Assembly: GCA_002344005.1 (NCBI GenBank)
Contig: DDTD01000098.1
Coordinates: 18,432 to 82,431 of the forward strand
Reading direction: 5' to 3'
From: Ignavibacteria bacterium UBA2373
GTDB lineage: Bacteria > Bacteroidota > Ignavibacteria > Kapaibacteriales > UBA961
Length of the DNA: 64,000 bases
Shown: positions 46,601 through 56,351 of the stretch, in pieces
Layout of the letters: the number at the start of each line of letters is the position of its first letter
Position numbering within the stretch: position 1 is the first letter of the stretch
Program-made: the position numbers and the translations under genes
The notes under the pieces: generated by a model
The model's input: the letters and a program-made list of their open reading frames with translations, nothing else
Database searches by the model: none
What the model was told of the DNA's origin: nothing

Positions 46601-49507
46601 ATGAAAGCTGCAAAATTGAAAATCCTTCTTACTCTTTGTTTCGGCATTGCTTTATGTGTTACCACCTCAATAACAGCCCAAGAAAATTCCGCTACTGTAC
46701 AAGGTAAAGTAACCGACGGCTCTACGGGTGATATTATGCGTAGTGTCACCGTTGAATTATTAACCAAAGAAAAACAAAGTACCAAAAAAGGTGCCTATTC
46801 GGATGTAACCGGAAAATACACAATAAAGAAAGTACAGCAAGGCGTATATTCTTTACGCTTCCGTTATGTGGGCTTTGAAAGCAAACTTATAGAAAATGTT
46901 GAAGTAGCTGCGGGCAAAACTGTGACAGTAAATGTGACATTATCGCCCGAAACAAAAAAATCTACCGAAGTAGTTGTCACTGCACGTGCCAATAAAGAAT
47001 CAAAAGAAGCAATTTTAGCACAAAGAAAAAATTCTGCCCAAGTAAGCGATGGCGTGAGCAAAGAAGAAATATCGCGTCTTCCCGATGCCGATGCAGGTCA
47101 AGCACTTAAGCGAGTTTCCGGTGTGACATTAGTGGGCGATAAATTTATTTATGTGCGTGGTTCAAGCGACCGTTACAGCAATACGACATTAAATGGCTCA
47201 ACCCTGACTTCGACCGAACCGGACAAACGTTCTTTCGATTTTGGTATGTTCCCGTCGGAATTTTTACAACAAGCGAATATTACCAAGTCATTTACGCCCG
47301 ATTTACCCGGTAATTTTGCCGGCGGCTTAGTGCAATTACAAACTATAGATTTTCCCGATGGATTTTCCGTAAAAGCATCGCTTTCCACATCGGGAAATAA
47401 TAATACACAAATAGGCGATAATATATTCAGCTCCTATCAAGGCGGCTCAGATGATTGGTTAGCACGCGATGATGGCACGAGATCAATGTCCTCAGCCACT
47501 CCCGGCAGCCGTGAAGATATCAATCGTTTATTATTGAATGCTCGTCGGCAAGATGCGCAAGGAGATTCTGCGCGCACTACCTTACAAAATTTTGCACGCG
47601 GATTTAATCAGAATGTCTGGACAAATAATAATTTTTCGGCTAATCCCAATACATCATTTGCGCTTTCATTTAGTAATTTATATGATGTTTTCGACAATGA
47701 TTTAGGTGTGATTGCATCGGTTAATTATGGTAATTCTTATGCCATTAATTCAATTGTACGCAGCCCCATTCTTGCCGACAAAGAATATCGTCAAGAAAAT
47801 GCGGGTTCTGTGTCCACACGTTCCGTGAATTATGGCGGTATGGCAAATATTGCCTATAAATTAGGAGGTCACAGCTCACTCAGTTTTAAAAATGTGTTTA
47901 ATCGTTCCGCCGATGATGAAACCACACTTTTGCAGGGCAGAGATATTCCGCAAGGTATTGATATTCGCCCATCGAGCTGGCAATTTGTGCAAAAAGAATT
48001 ATTTTCCACACAAGTCAATGGCGAACATACTGTACCGTTTGATAGTACGGCAATTATCTCCTCATTGCTTTTTGATTGGCGATTAGGATATTCACAATCC
48101 CTGCGCGATGAGCCGGATTTCCGTCGTTTGCGTTATTCGCGCCAATCGGTTGATTCGACATTACCGTTTACTGCCGATATACAACCCACACCGCAAGGTG
48201 ATGGCACGCTCGCCGGACGTTTTTATTCTTCATTAAATGATTTTGCCAGAAATGCTGCATTTAATATCGCATTACCTGTGTATCGTGATATGAAATTTAA
48301 AACTGGTTTTCTCACAGAAAATAAAAATCGTTATTTTTCTGCACGCTCATTTACAATTAATCAACCGACAAGCGGTGCTGATGTTGATATAGATTTTTCT
48401 GATACACCGGACAGTTTATTCCGAGCAGAAAATTTCCGTCAGGGTGGTTTGGGAATGTCCGAAGACTCTAAGCGCAGCGATTCTTATATTGCAGGTGAAG
48501 AATTATATGCCGGATATTTTATGATTGATGCACCTTTTTCTGTTGCGGGCGAGCAATTTCGGATTATCGGCGGCGCAAGAGTAGAAGATGCCGTTCAATC
48601 ACTTAATTCATTCGACACAGAAGGAAACCCCATCAATATTACATATGCAACAACAGATTGGCTGCCATCTTTTAATCTTATTTACAAAGCAACGGATGCG
48701 ATGAATTTACGTATGTCGGCAACACGCACATTAACCCGCCCTAATTTACGAGAATTTGCACCTTTTGCATTTTATGATTTCCAATCATTATTCGTTGTAC
48801 GCGGCAATCCGAATTTAGAGCGCACCTTAATTTCCAATTATGATATACGCTATGAATATTTCCCTCAGCCGGGCGAAGTCTTTTCTGTCAGTGTATTTTA
48901 TAAAAACTTTATTAATCCCATCGAAGAAACTATTGATCAAGTATCAAGTGAATATATACGCACATTTTCCAATGGACAAAGTGTTGATTCAACAGGTAAA
49001 AAAATAGCTGATGGCAATGCTTTTAATTATGGAGTTGAATTTGAAGCACGCAAATCCCTTGCATTTTTAGGTGATTATTTTCGCAATTTCGGCATTAATG
49101 CCAATGTATCTCTAATTCAATCAGAAATTACGGTATTGCAAGGCAGAACCGAAGATAAACGCAGTATATGGGGACAATCTCCGTATTCATTAAATATCGG
49201 ATTATTTTTTACGGAACCCGACTTAGGCACATCCGTCAATATTGGCTATAATCGCTATGGTCGCCGTATTGTTCAAGTTGGCTTGCGCGGTGCATTTGCA
49301 TTCGACGATCCTCATGTGTATGAGCAACCGCGAGATGTTATTGATATTTCCATTATTCAGCCATTATTAGACAATGCCTTTGAAGTTAAATTAGTTGCGC
49401 GCGACATTCTTAATCAAGAATTATTATGGCAACAAGGCGGCAAAACCATTGCTTCTAATTTGCGCGGCACAACTTTCAGTATAGGCATGAGCTACCGTTT
49501 TCGTTAA
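46601..49507 (+). CDS. TonB-dependent receptor with N-terminal carboxypeptidase-regulatory-like domain
   Basis: Signal peptide. CarbopepD_reg-like beta-sandwich (ATVQGKVTDGSTGDIMRSVTVELL...GKYTIKKVQQGVYSLRFRYVGFES). Plug (DAGQALKRVSGVTLVGDKFIYVRGS). 22-strand barrel ending ...TTFSIGMSYRFR. 968 aa. Confidence 0.8.
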   Translation: MKAAKLKILLTLCFGIALCVTTSITAQENSATVQGKVTDGSTGDIMRSVTVELLTKEKQSTKKGAYSDVTGKYTIKKVQQGVYSLRFRYVGFESKLIENVEVAAGKTVTVNVTLSPETKKSTEVVVTARANKESKEAILAQRKNSAQVSDGVSKEEISRLPDADAGQALKRVSGVTLVGDKFIYVRGSSDRYSNTTLNGSTLTSTEPDKRSFDFGMFPSEFLQQANITKSFTPDLPGNFAGGLVQLQTIDFPDGFSVKASLSTSGNNNTQIGDNIFSSYQGGSDDWLARDDGTRSMSSATPGSREDINRLLLNARRQDAQGDSARTTLQNFARGFNQNVWTNNNFSANPNTSFALSFSNLYDVFDNDLGVIASVNYGNSYAINSIVRSPILADKEYRQENAGSVSTRSVNYGGMANIAYKLGGHSSLSFKNVFNRSADDETTLLQGRDIPQGIDIRPSSWQFVQKELFSTQVNGEHTVPFDSTAIISSLLFDWRLGYSQSLRDEPDFRRLRYSRQSVDSTLPFTADIQPTPQGDGTLAGRFYSSLNDFARNAAFNIALPVYRDMKFKTGFLTENKNRYFSARSFTINQPTSGADVDIDFSDTPDSLFRAENFRQGGLGMSEDSKRSDSYIAGEELYAGYFMIDAPFSVAGEQFRIIGGARVEDAVQSLNSFDTEGNPINITYATTDWLPSFNLIYKATDAMNLRMSATRTLTRPNLREFAPFAFYDFQSLFVVRGNPNLERTLISNYDIRYEYFPQPGEVFSVSVFYKNFINPIEETIDQVSSEYIRTFSNGQSVDSTGKKIADGNAFNYGVEFEARKSLAFLGDYFRNFGINANVSLIQSEITVLQGRTEDKRSIWGQSPYSLNIGLFFTEPDLGTSVNIGYNRYGRRIVQVGLRGAFAFDDPHVYEQPRDVIDISIIQPLLDNAFEVKLVARDILNQELLWQQGGKTIASNLRGTTFSIGMSYRFR

Positions 49508-49563
49508 GTAACTGTAAAAAAAACATATCTATTATTTATACACAATATCTCTAAGGAAATTGT

Positions 49564-52500
49564 ATGAAATTATTTACTGCCGTGACAACCGCATTGCTGT
49601 TCTGGGGAGCAATGTCGAGTGTTCAGTCACAAACTGTGCAGCTTTTATCACCGGGTGGTTCACCCAATGAGAGTTATCGTGCAGGTAATTCCGTTGATTT
49701 GGTGTATCAAACATCACCCTCCACAGTGACACCTCGCCCGCGCTATCGCTTTGAATTCAGCACATCTCCGAACGGACCTTGGACTTCAATCTCAGGTGCA
49801 ACCAATGTGGTGGACAGTAATGCAAGCGGCACTGTTCGCGCAGGTCGTTTTATTGGTGCTTTTCGCATTCCGGCAACGCCAACAAATACGGGTTATGTTC
49901 GCCAAGTATTATTAAGCGATCCGTCAAAAACAAGTATCAGTCCTTTTCCCTTTAAAATCGAACAACCGCAAACAACACGCATAGACGAATTTTTACAAGG
50001 TGCTGTCGGTGCGGGCGAAACACGTACATTGACACGCGATAAAGTCTATGGAATTAAAGGATATTTCCACGTTGATAATGGCGGTACTTTAGTTATTGAA
50101 CCGGGAACTATTGTCGTTGGCGATCAAGTGGGTGTTAATAGTGCACTTGTCATCAATCGTGGCGGTAAAATTATAGCCGATGGCAGAGCCGATGCACCTA
50201 TTGTTCTTACAAGCAGTGCGCCTCCGGGCTTACGTGCTCCGGGTGATTGGGGTGGATTACTCATTTTCGGTAAAGCAGTTATTAATAATCCGGGCGGTGA
50301 AGCAGCTATGGAAGGCGGTGTTGCCGATCCGAATAATAAATCACGTTGGTATTATGGCGGTAATGATGATAATGATAATAGCGGAATATTGCGCTATGTG
50401 CGTATTGAATTCGGCGGTATTGCTTTGCAACCGAATCAAGAATTAAACGGACTTACATTAGGTGCTGTGGGACGTGGTACTATTATGGAAAAAGTACAGG
50501 TCAGCTATGCTAATGATGATGCTTATGAATGGTTCGGCGGCACGGTTAATGGCAAATATCTTATCTCAACTTCCTGCCTTGATGATGATTTTGATGCGGA
50601 TAATGGTTGGAGCGGCAAAGTACAATATGCCGTAGCTCAACGTTCAACCAATCGCGCCGACCAATCCACAAGTCAAGCATTTGAAACCGATAATGATGCA
50701 AGCGGCTCATTCCGAATTCCACGCACATCGGGTATATTTTCTAATGTGACAGTTATCGGTCCATTACAAGATGTTTCCGCCACACCGAATCCTCGATTCG
50801 GTGCAGCGGCGCAAATCCGACGCGCTTCTCTCTTATCCATCTATAATTCAATATTTCTCGGCTGGCCCCGCGGTATCGAAATTGCGCAAACGCCAACGAT
50901 GAATGCTGCATATAATGATACAGTTCAAGTGCGTAATTGTGCATGGTATGGCATAAAAACATCATGGCTTAATCTTGCGGGCGGTACTCCCCCATCGGGA
51001 ATGACAACATCGTGGATAAGCACAGGACGCTTCAATAATGTGAATGATGCATCGAATAATCCGTCTGCGGCATTACTCGAAAATCCTTTTTCGGATATAG
51101 CATTCAGTGCCGTTCCATTAGCAGGTTCTCCTGTATTGTCAGGTGCTTCCTTTGTTCGTGACGGTGTTCCGGCAATTGATGATTCATTTTTTGATAAAGT
51201 TTCTTTCCGTGGTGCATTCGGTAGTGATATGCGCTGGGATTATGGATGGGCAAATTATGATCCTGTCAATGCTGCCTATATCGCAGGCGCACCAACAGTT
51301 GCCGGAGCTTCATTACGTTTGACGGCACCTTCAACTGGACGCGTTTATGTGGCAGGTACAACAGCAACTATCGAATGGGACACCACCGGTACACGTGGTT
51401 TACGCTATAAATTCCAAACCGCTACTTCTATAGACGGTCCTTGGACAGATATTCAAGGTGCGGAGAGTATCACCGATGAAGGCAGTACACGCGGTCGCAT
51501 CGTCAATGGATATAAAGTGCCGTCCACACCATCAACCAATGCATATATTCGCATGGTTGCATTACGCAATGATGGTAGTATCAATACAGATGCATCCAGT
51601 ATTCTTGGACCTTTAACTATTGTTTCTTATACACTTACCTCACCCAAAGGCGGCGAAGTTTATCGTGCGGGATCACGTCAATTATTAGCATGGAAACAAG
51701 AACCACAAGGCGAATTAATCGGCACAGTCAAATTACGCTTCGAGTATGCAACATCTAATTCGGGACCTTGGACACCAATTCCGGGTGCAGAAATGGTCGA
51801 AGACAATGATGATAAAGTATTACAAGGCGGCTTAGTATTACCTCTTACCCAAACTGAAACTGCTTTTGTCAGAATGACCGTGCTTAATGAAGATGGCAGC
51901 CCTACAAGTATAAGTTCTACGAATGCACAGCCCTTCAAAGTTATCGGTATTCGCTTACTTTCTCCGGCAAGTGCTGCATCGCTCAAAGGCGGCAGCAAAG
52001 TGGACATTATGTGGGATACCACAGCAACAGCAGGATCACGCTTCCGTTTCCAATATCGCTTGAATGATACCGAACAATGGAATGATATCCAAGGGGCAAC
52101 GAATGTCTTAGACGCAGGTGCAAATCGTGGTAAAATTGTAGGCGGTTTTACCGTGCCAAATGTAGCCACAACAAACGGTTATGTTCGCATGACAGCACTT
52201 GCTGAAAATGGCAATCCTATTGAGGCTCTTTCCTCACAAAATGAACAACCATTTACTATTACAGTTGATAAACCCGTTGATGGCATCGTACGCATTATCA
52301 CTCCGGGTGCAGCAGCGGGCGAACGCTATCGTCCGGGACGCTCTTTAGATATTACCTATGATACAGTAGGTGGTTACCGTCGTCGCTATCGTTTTGAGTA
52401 TGGCACATCCGCCAATGGTCCTTGGACTGTCATTAAAGGTCTTGAAAATATTATTGACAGTAATAGAAGCAGCACACTTCGTCGCGGACGTATTACCGGA

Positions 52501-54219
52501 GGTTTCCTCGTGCCTGACCAGCTAACAAAAACAGCATATTTACGCATGGTATTATTATCGGATGAATCCAAAGTTGATATTACCGATAATCCTATCGAAA
52601 TATTCCGCCCGACAGCAAGTAAAGTGGATTCCGTTTTAAGCGGTTCTATCAATAAACGTGTATTTCTCTCTAACACTAAAATATATGGTTTACGCGGTTA
52701 TGTACACGTTGACAATGGCGGTGTTTTAGTCATTCAACCGGGTACAATAATTCTTGGTGATTCAGTAGGAAAAAATTGCGCACTTGTTGTGAATCGCGGT
52801 GGTAAAATTATCGCAAAAGGTACAGCAAAATTACCGATAGTATTTTCAAGTCTTGCAGCTCCGGGACAACGAGAATCCGGTGATTGGGGTGGATTACTAA
52901 TTTTCGGTAAAGCAGTTATTAATAATCCGGGCGGCGAAGCAGCTATGGAAGGTGGCGTTGCCGATCCGAATAATAAATCACGCTGGTATTATGGCGGTAA
53001 TGATGACAATGACAGCAGCGGTATTCTTGAATATGTCCGTATTGAATTTGCAGGACTTGCATTACAACCCAATCAAGAATTAAATGGCTTAACGATGGGT
53101 GGTGTTGGTCGCAAAACAGTAATGAATAATATTCAAATCAGCTATGCCAATGATGATTCATTCGAATGGTTCGGCGGTACCGTTAATGCAAAAAATATTA
53201 TTTCTATCGGTGCATTAGATGATGATTTTGATGGTGATAATGGCTGGAGTGGAAAAGTACAATTCGCTATAGCACAACGTCACCCTAACAGAGCAGATCA
53301 ATCCACAAGTCAGGCAATGGAAATGGATAATGATGCGAGCGGCTCAACACGCAAACCACTCACCTCCCCTATTTTTTCCAATATGACTGTAATCGGTCCT
53401 ATCAATGATACTTCCAAAGTGCCGAATCCTCGTTATGGTGCTGCCATACAAATACGTCGCAATGCCAGAACATCTGTTTTCAATTCAGCAATTCTCGGCT
53501 GGGGACGCGGAATGGAAATTGCACAAACTACAACGATGAATGCCGCAAAAAATGATTCCTTACAATTCCGCAATAATGCAATGTTCGGTATTCGTTCTAC
53601 TCTCTTAAATTTGGCAGGTGGCACTCCGCCGACAGGCATGACAACAGAATGGATTAATACTCCTGCATTTAATAATACAATGGATAAATCATCACCTCAA
53701 AAAGCAGGTTTACAAAATCCTTTCGAGATTGTTGAATTTAATCCTGCTGCAATGGAAAGTTCACCATTACTTAGCGGAGCAAATTTCACAAATAGTGGTA
53801 TTATTGCAATTGATGATGCCTATTTTGAAAAAGTACAATTCCGCGGTGCAATGGGATTACAACGCTGGGATGCAGAATGGACAGAATATGATCCTATTAA
53901 TGCTGAATATAAAGCACAACAAGCTCCGGTTTCTGTGAATGAAAACAGCATAAATACTTCTGATATTGTGGCATCGGTTTATCCGAATCCCACTCATGAT
54001 AAATGTATTGTGAAATATCAAACACGCAAAGACGGAATGGTAAAAGCACAATTTGTCAATGCTATGGGCGACATTGTTTCTACATTCTTTGCCGAGCAAC
54101 AACAAGCGGGATTTTATCAATTCAATATTAATGTTCAGGATATGCCAACCGGATTATATTTTGTTCGTATTGAGTCTGATAATAACACAATGACTATACC
54201 TGTATCAGTGTATAAATAA
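49564..54219 (+). CDS. Giant (1551 aa) T9SS-secreted protein with an internal ~870-aa duplication (two beta-helix-like modules plus multiple Ig/Fn3-like modules)
   Basis: Signal peptide. Two copies of the segment beginning HVDNGGTLVIEPGTIVVGD...GDWGGLLIFGKAVINNPGGEAAMEGGVADPNNKSRWYYGGNDDND (aa ~170-540 and ~1045-1420). Repeated ~100-aa modules SP..G..YRAG...D..Y.T...NGPWT.I.GA.N..D. C-terminal T9SS tail ...GLYFVRIESDNNTMTIPVSVYK. Confidence 0.6.
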   Translation: MKLFTAVTTALLFWGAMSSVQSQTVQLLSPGGSPNESYRAGNSVDLVYQTSPSTVTPRPRYRFEFSTSPNGPWTSISGATNVVDSNASGTVRAGRFIGAFRIPATPTNTGYVRQVLLSDPSKTSISPFPFKIEQPQTTRIDEFLQGAVGAGETRTLTRDKVYGIKGYFHVDNGGTLVIEPGTIVVGDQVGVNSALVINRGGKIIADGRADAPIVLTSSAPPGLRAPGDWGGLLIFGKAVINNPGGEAAMEGGVADPNNKSRWYYGGNDDNDNSGILRYVRIEFGGIALQPNQELNGLTLGAVGRGTIMEKVQVSYANDDAYEWFGGTVNGKYLISTSCLDDDFDADNGWSGKVQYAVAQRSTNRADQSTSQAFETDNDASGSFRIPRTSGIFSNVTVIGPLQDVSATPNPRFGAAAQIRRASLLSIYNSIFLGWPRGIEIAQTPTMNAAYNDTVQVRNCAWYGIKTSWLNLAGGTPPSGMTTSWISTGRFNNVNDASNNPSAALLENPFSDIAFSAVPLAGSPVLSGASFVRDGVPAIDDSFFDKVSFRGAFGSDMRWDYGWANYDPVNAAYIAGAPTVAGASLRLTAPSTGRVYVAGTTATIEWDTTGTRGLRYKFQTATSIDGPWTDIQGAESITDEGSTRGRIVNGYKVPSTPSTNAYIRMVALRNDGSINTDASSILGPLTIVSYTLTSPKGGEVYRAGSRQLLAWKQEPQGELIGTVKLRFEYATSNSGPWTPIPGAEMVEDNDDKVLQGGLVLPLTQTETAFVRMTVLNEDGSPTSISSTNAQPFKVIGIRLLSPASAASLKGGSKVDIMWDTTATAGSRFRFQYRLNDTEQWNDIQGATNVLDAGANRGKIVGGFTVPNVATTNGYVRMTALAENGNPIEALSSQNEQPFTITVDKPVDGIVRIITPGAAAGERYRPGRSLDITYDTVGGYRRRYRFEYGTSANGPWTVIKGLENIIDSNRSSTLRRGRITGGFLVPDQLTKTAYLRMVLLSDESKVDITDNPIEIFRPTASKVDSVLSGSINKRVFLSNTKIYGLRGYVHVDNGGVLVIQPGTIILGDSVGKNCALVVNRGGKIIAKGTAKLPIVFSSLAAPGQRESGDWGGLLIFGKAVINNPGGEAAMEGGVADPNNKSRWYYGGNDDNDSSGILEYVRIEFAGLALQPNQELNGLTMGGVGRKTVMNNIQISYANDDSFEWFGGTVNAKNIISIGALDDDFDGDNGWSGKVQFAIAQRHPNRADQSTSQAMEMDNDASGSTRKPLTSPIFSNMTVIGPINDTSKVPNPRYGAAIQIRRNARTSVFNSAILGWGRGMEIAQTTTMNAAKNDSLQFRNNAMFGIRSTLLNLAGGTPPTGMTTEWINTPAFNNTMDKSSPQKAGLQNPFEIVEFNPAAMESSPLLSGANFTNSGIIAIDDAYFEKVQFRGAMGLQRWDAEWTEYDPINAEYKAQQAPVSVNENSINTSDIVASVYPNPTHDKCIVKYQTRKDGMVKAQFVNAMGDIVSTFFAEQQQAGFYQFNINVQDMPTGLYFVRIESDNNTMTIPVSVYK

Positions 54220-54248
54220 TTCCTTTTCCTCCTACCCCACACGGAAAA

Positions 54249-54287
54249 GCGGGCGTATTTCTTCGGAAATGCGCCCATTTTTTTTTT
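54249..54287 (+). terminator. Rho-independent terminator after the 1551-aa T9SS gene
   Basis: GCGGGCG-tatttcttcggaaat-GCGCCC hairpin followed by T10. Confidence 0.7.
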
Positions 54288-54420
54288 GCAAAACAGCGCT
54301 ATTTGGATTCATTCTGAATAGTTACAATTTAATAATGAATCAATAATATATCCATAAAATTCCGGTAATCTCCAAACGGTAATTTTGTGAATATTATTAA
54401 CATCTTTATTTAGAGGAAAA

Positions 54421-56283
54421 ATGAAAAAATCTCTACTCGTCGGATTATTATCCGTTTCGTTAATTTCGCAAGCAGCAGGCGCAGAATTTCCTACAAAAGT
54501 TCAGCCGAAATCAATGATTCCTTATATAACACATAGCGTTGTTGTGCCACCATCACCATTAAAATATCAAGTGTTGTTTATTGGTGGTGTGCATGATGTA
54601 CAAACTACACCCACATACGGTAAACCCGCAGGCGCAACCAAAGCCAAACAATGGCATGACTTTATCGGCTTTACAAAAGCTGATGCAACAAAAGGCGAAA
54701 CAGGACTTGGTTGGATTTCTGTGAATCATGAAATGGTTCAAGCCAATGATAATATCGGTGATGGCGGCGGAATGACCGTGTTCAAAGTTGCAAAAAGCGG
54801 TGACTCAATTATTGTTGTTGATCAAACACTTTCTGATGGTCGTACAGGAAAATATTTTAATGTTGATTTTGTGAATACAGTTGGCGAAACAGGTATGAAT
54901 TGCGGTGGTATTCAAAGCCCTGATGGTCGTATCTGGACAGCAGAAGAATGGTTCCGCAGTGCAAATAATGATGGCACAGGCGATGATATTTTCCAAAAAG
55001 GCACAGGTGTGCGTGATACGTCTGATTTTACGATTGGCACGACAACTCCCAATGGTTTCCCGGGATATAATGGCACAAAAATCAAAAAATACCAAAATTT
55101 TAACTGGATGGTAGAAATTGACCCTCGCACTGCCAAAGCAGTTCGCAAACAATATAATTGGGGTCGTCAAGGATTTGAAGGCGGCGCGGTATTGCCTGAT
55201 AATAAAACAGTTATTCTCGGTGAAGATGGTGATGCAGGAGCTTCATTATTAACAAAATTTGTTGCCGATACACCGGGTGATTTTACAAAAGGAAAAACAT
55301 ATATATTCAAACAAAAAGATAATTCATTCCAAGGCGATTGGATTGAAGTACCACAGGACATCAATACGATGCTCGATATTCATACATGGGCTAAACAAAA
55401 TAATGCTACCGGCTTTACACGTATAGAATGGGTTACATTTGACAAAAAAACTAATACTATTTATATGACCGAAACAGGTTCCGATGCACCGGGTTCGGCA
55501 ATCAAGAAAAATATGGCAGCAGGTTTCGGTATCCCAAAACATTACAAAGACATGGCAACAGCTTCAAAAACAACTGTTGACAGCAGCACATTCAATGATT
55601 ATTATGGCAGAGTATTGTCATTAGATTTAACAACAAATGAAGTTAAATCATACATTGAAGGCGGTCCAAAATTGGACGAAAAAAAGGCTTATACAGAATA
55701 TCCTGATAAACATTTAACTAACCCTGACGGATTAACTATTTTAGAAGTAAAAAACAAAAGATACCTAATTATCTGCGAAGATCTTAACGGTACATCATTT
55801 GGACGTGTTCCTTTCGGCATGAGCAATCGCAGTTGTGAAATTTATGCTCTTGATTTGGATGCTGAACCGAAAATCGAAAATCTTACTCGTTTAGCAATCG
55901 TACCCTATGGTGCAGAGGTTACCGGTGCATGCGCAATTGATAATGGCAATACATTATTATTCAATTCTCAGCACCCAAGTTCATACAATCAATACCCTTA
56001 TAACAATTCTTTGACTGTGGCAATCTCCGGTTTCGATAAATTAGTAACGGGTATTAAAGAATTAGATGGTACTTCTTCCATTAAAGGAATAAAAGTCTAT
56101 CCTAATCCGGCATCACGCGAATTACGTTTCGATAATACCATGGACGCTGCTTTGTATAATAATGAAGGCAGTAGAGTACGTGTTGTCCGTAATGCTAATA
56201 CTATGGACATTTCCGATCTTAATGCAGGTGTCTATTTCTTAATGAACAATGACGGCGATACACAAAAAGTAATTATTGAATAA
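54421..56283 (+). CDS. PhoX-like (DUF839) beta-propeller phosphatase-family protein with T9SS C-terminal domain
   Basis: Signal peptide. GWISVNHEM, LTNPDGLTIL and TLLFNSQHPS resemble conserved PhoX segments (NPDN..., LFVNIQHPGE). C-terminal ...GIKVYPNPASRELRF...GVYFLMNNDGDTQKVIIE is a T9SS CTD. Confidence 0.5.
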   Translation: MKKSLLVGLLSVSLISQAAGAEFPTKVQPKSMIPYITHSVVVPPSPLKYQVLFIGGVHDVQTTPTYGKPAGATKAKQWHDFIGFTKADATKGETGLGWISVNHEMVQANDNIGDGGGMTVFKVAKSGDSIIVVDQTLSDGRTGKYFNVDFVNTVGETGMNCGGIQSPDGRIWTAEEWFRSANNDGTGDDIFQKGTGVRDTSDFTIGTTTPNGFPGYNGTKIKKYQNFNWMVEIDPRTAKAVRKQYNWGRQGFEGGAVLPDNKTVILGEDGDAGASLLTKFVADTPGDFTKGKTYIFKQKDNSFQGDWIEVPQDINTMLDIHTWAKQNNATGFTRIEWVTFDKKTNTIYMTETGSDAPGSAIKKNMAAGFGIPKHYKDMATASKTTVDSSTFNDYYGRVLSLDLTTNEVKSYIEGGPKLDEKKAYTEYPDKHLTNPDGLTILEVKNKRYLIICEDLNGTSFGRVPFGMSNRSCEIYALDLDAEPKIENLTRLAIVPYGAEVTGACAIDNGNTLLFNSQHPSSYNQYPYNNSLTVAISGFDKLVTGIKELDGTSSIKGIKVYPNPASRELRFDNTMDAALYNNEGSRVRVVRNANTMDISDLNAGVYFLMNNDGDTQKVIIE

Positions 56284-56303
56284 ATAACACTAATATTCGT
56301 AAA

Positions 56304-56338
56304 AACCGGTGATGTACGTGCATCATCGGTTTTTTTTT
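56304..56338 (+). terminator. Rho-independent terminator after the PhoX-like gene
   Basis: AACCGGTGATG-tacgtg-CATCATCGGTT hairpin followed by T8. Confidence 0.7.
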
Positions 56339-56351
56339 ATATGAGAGACCT

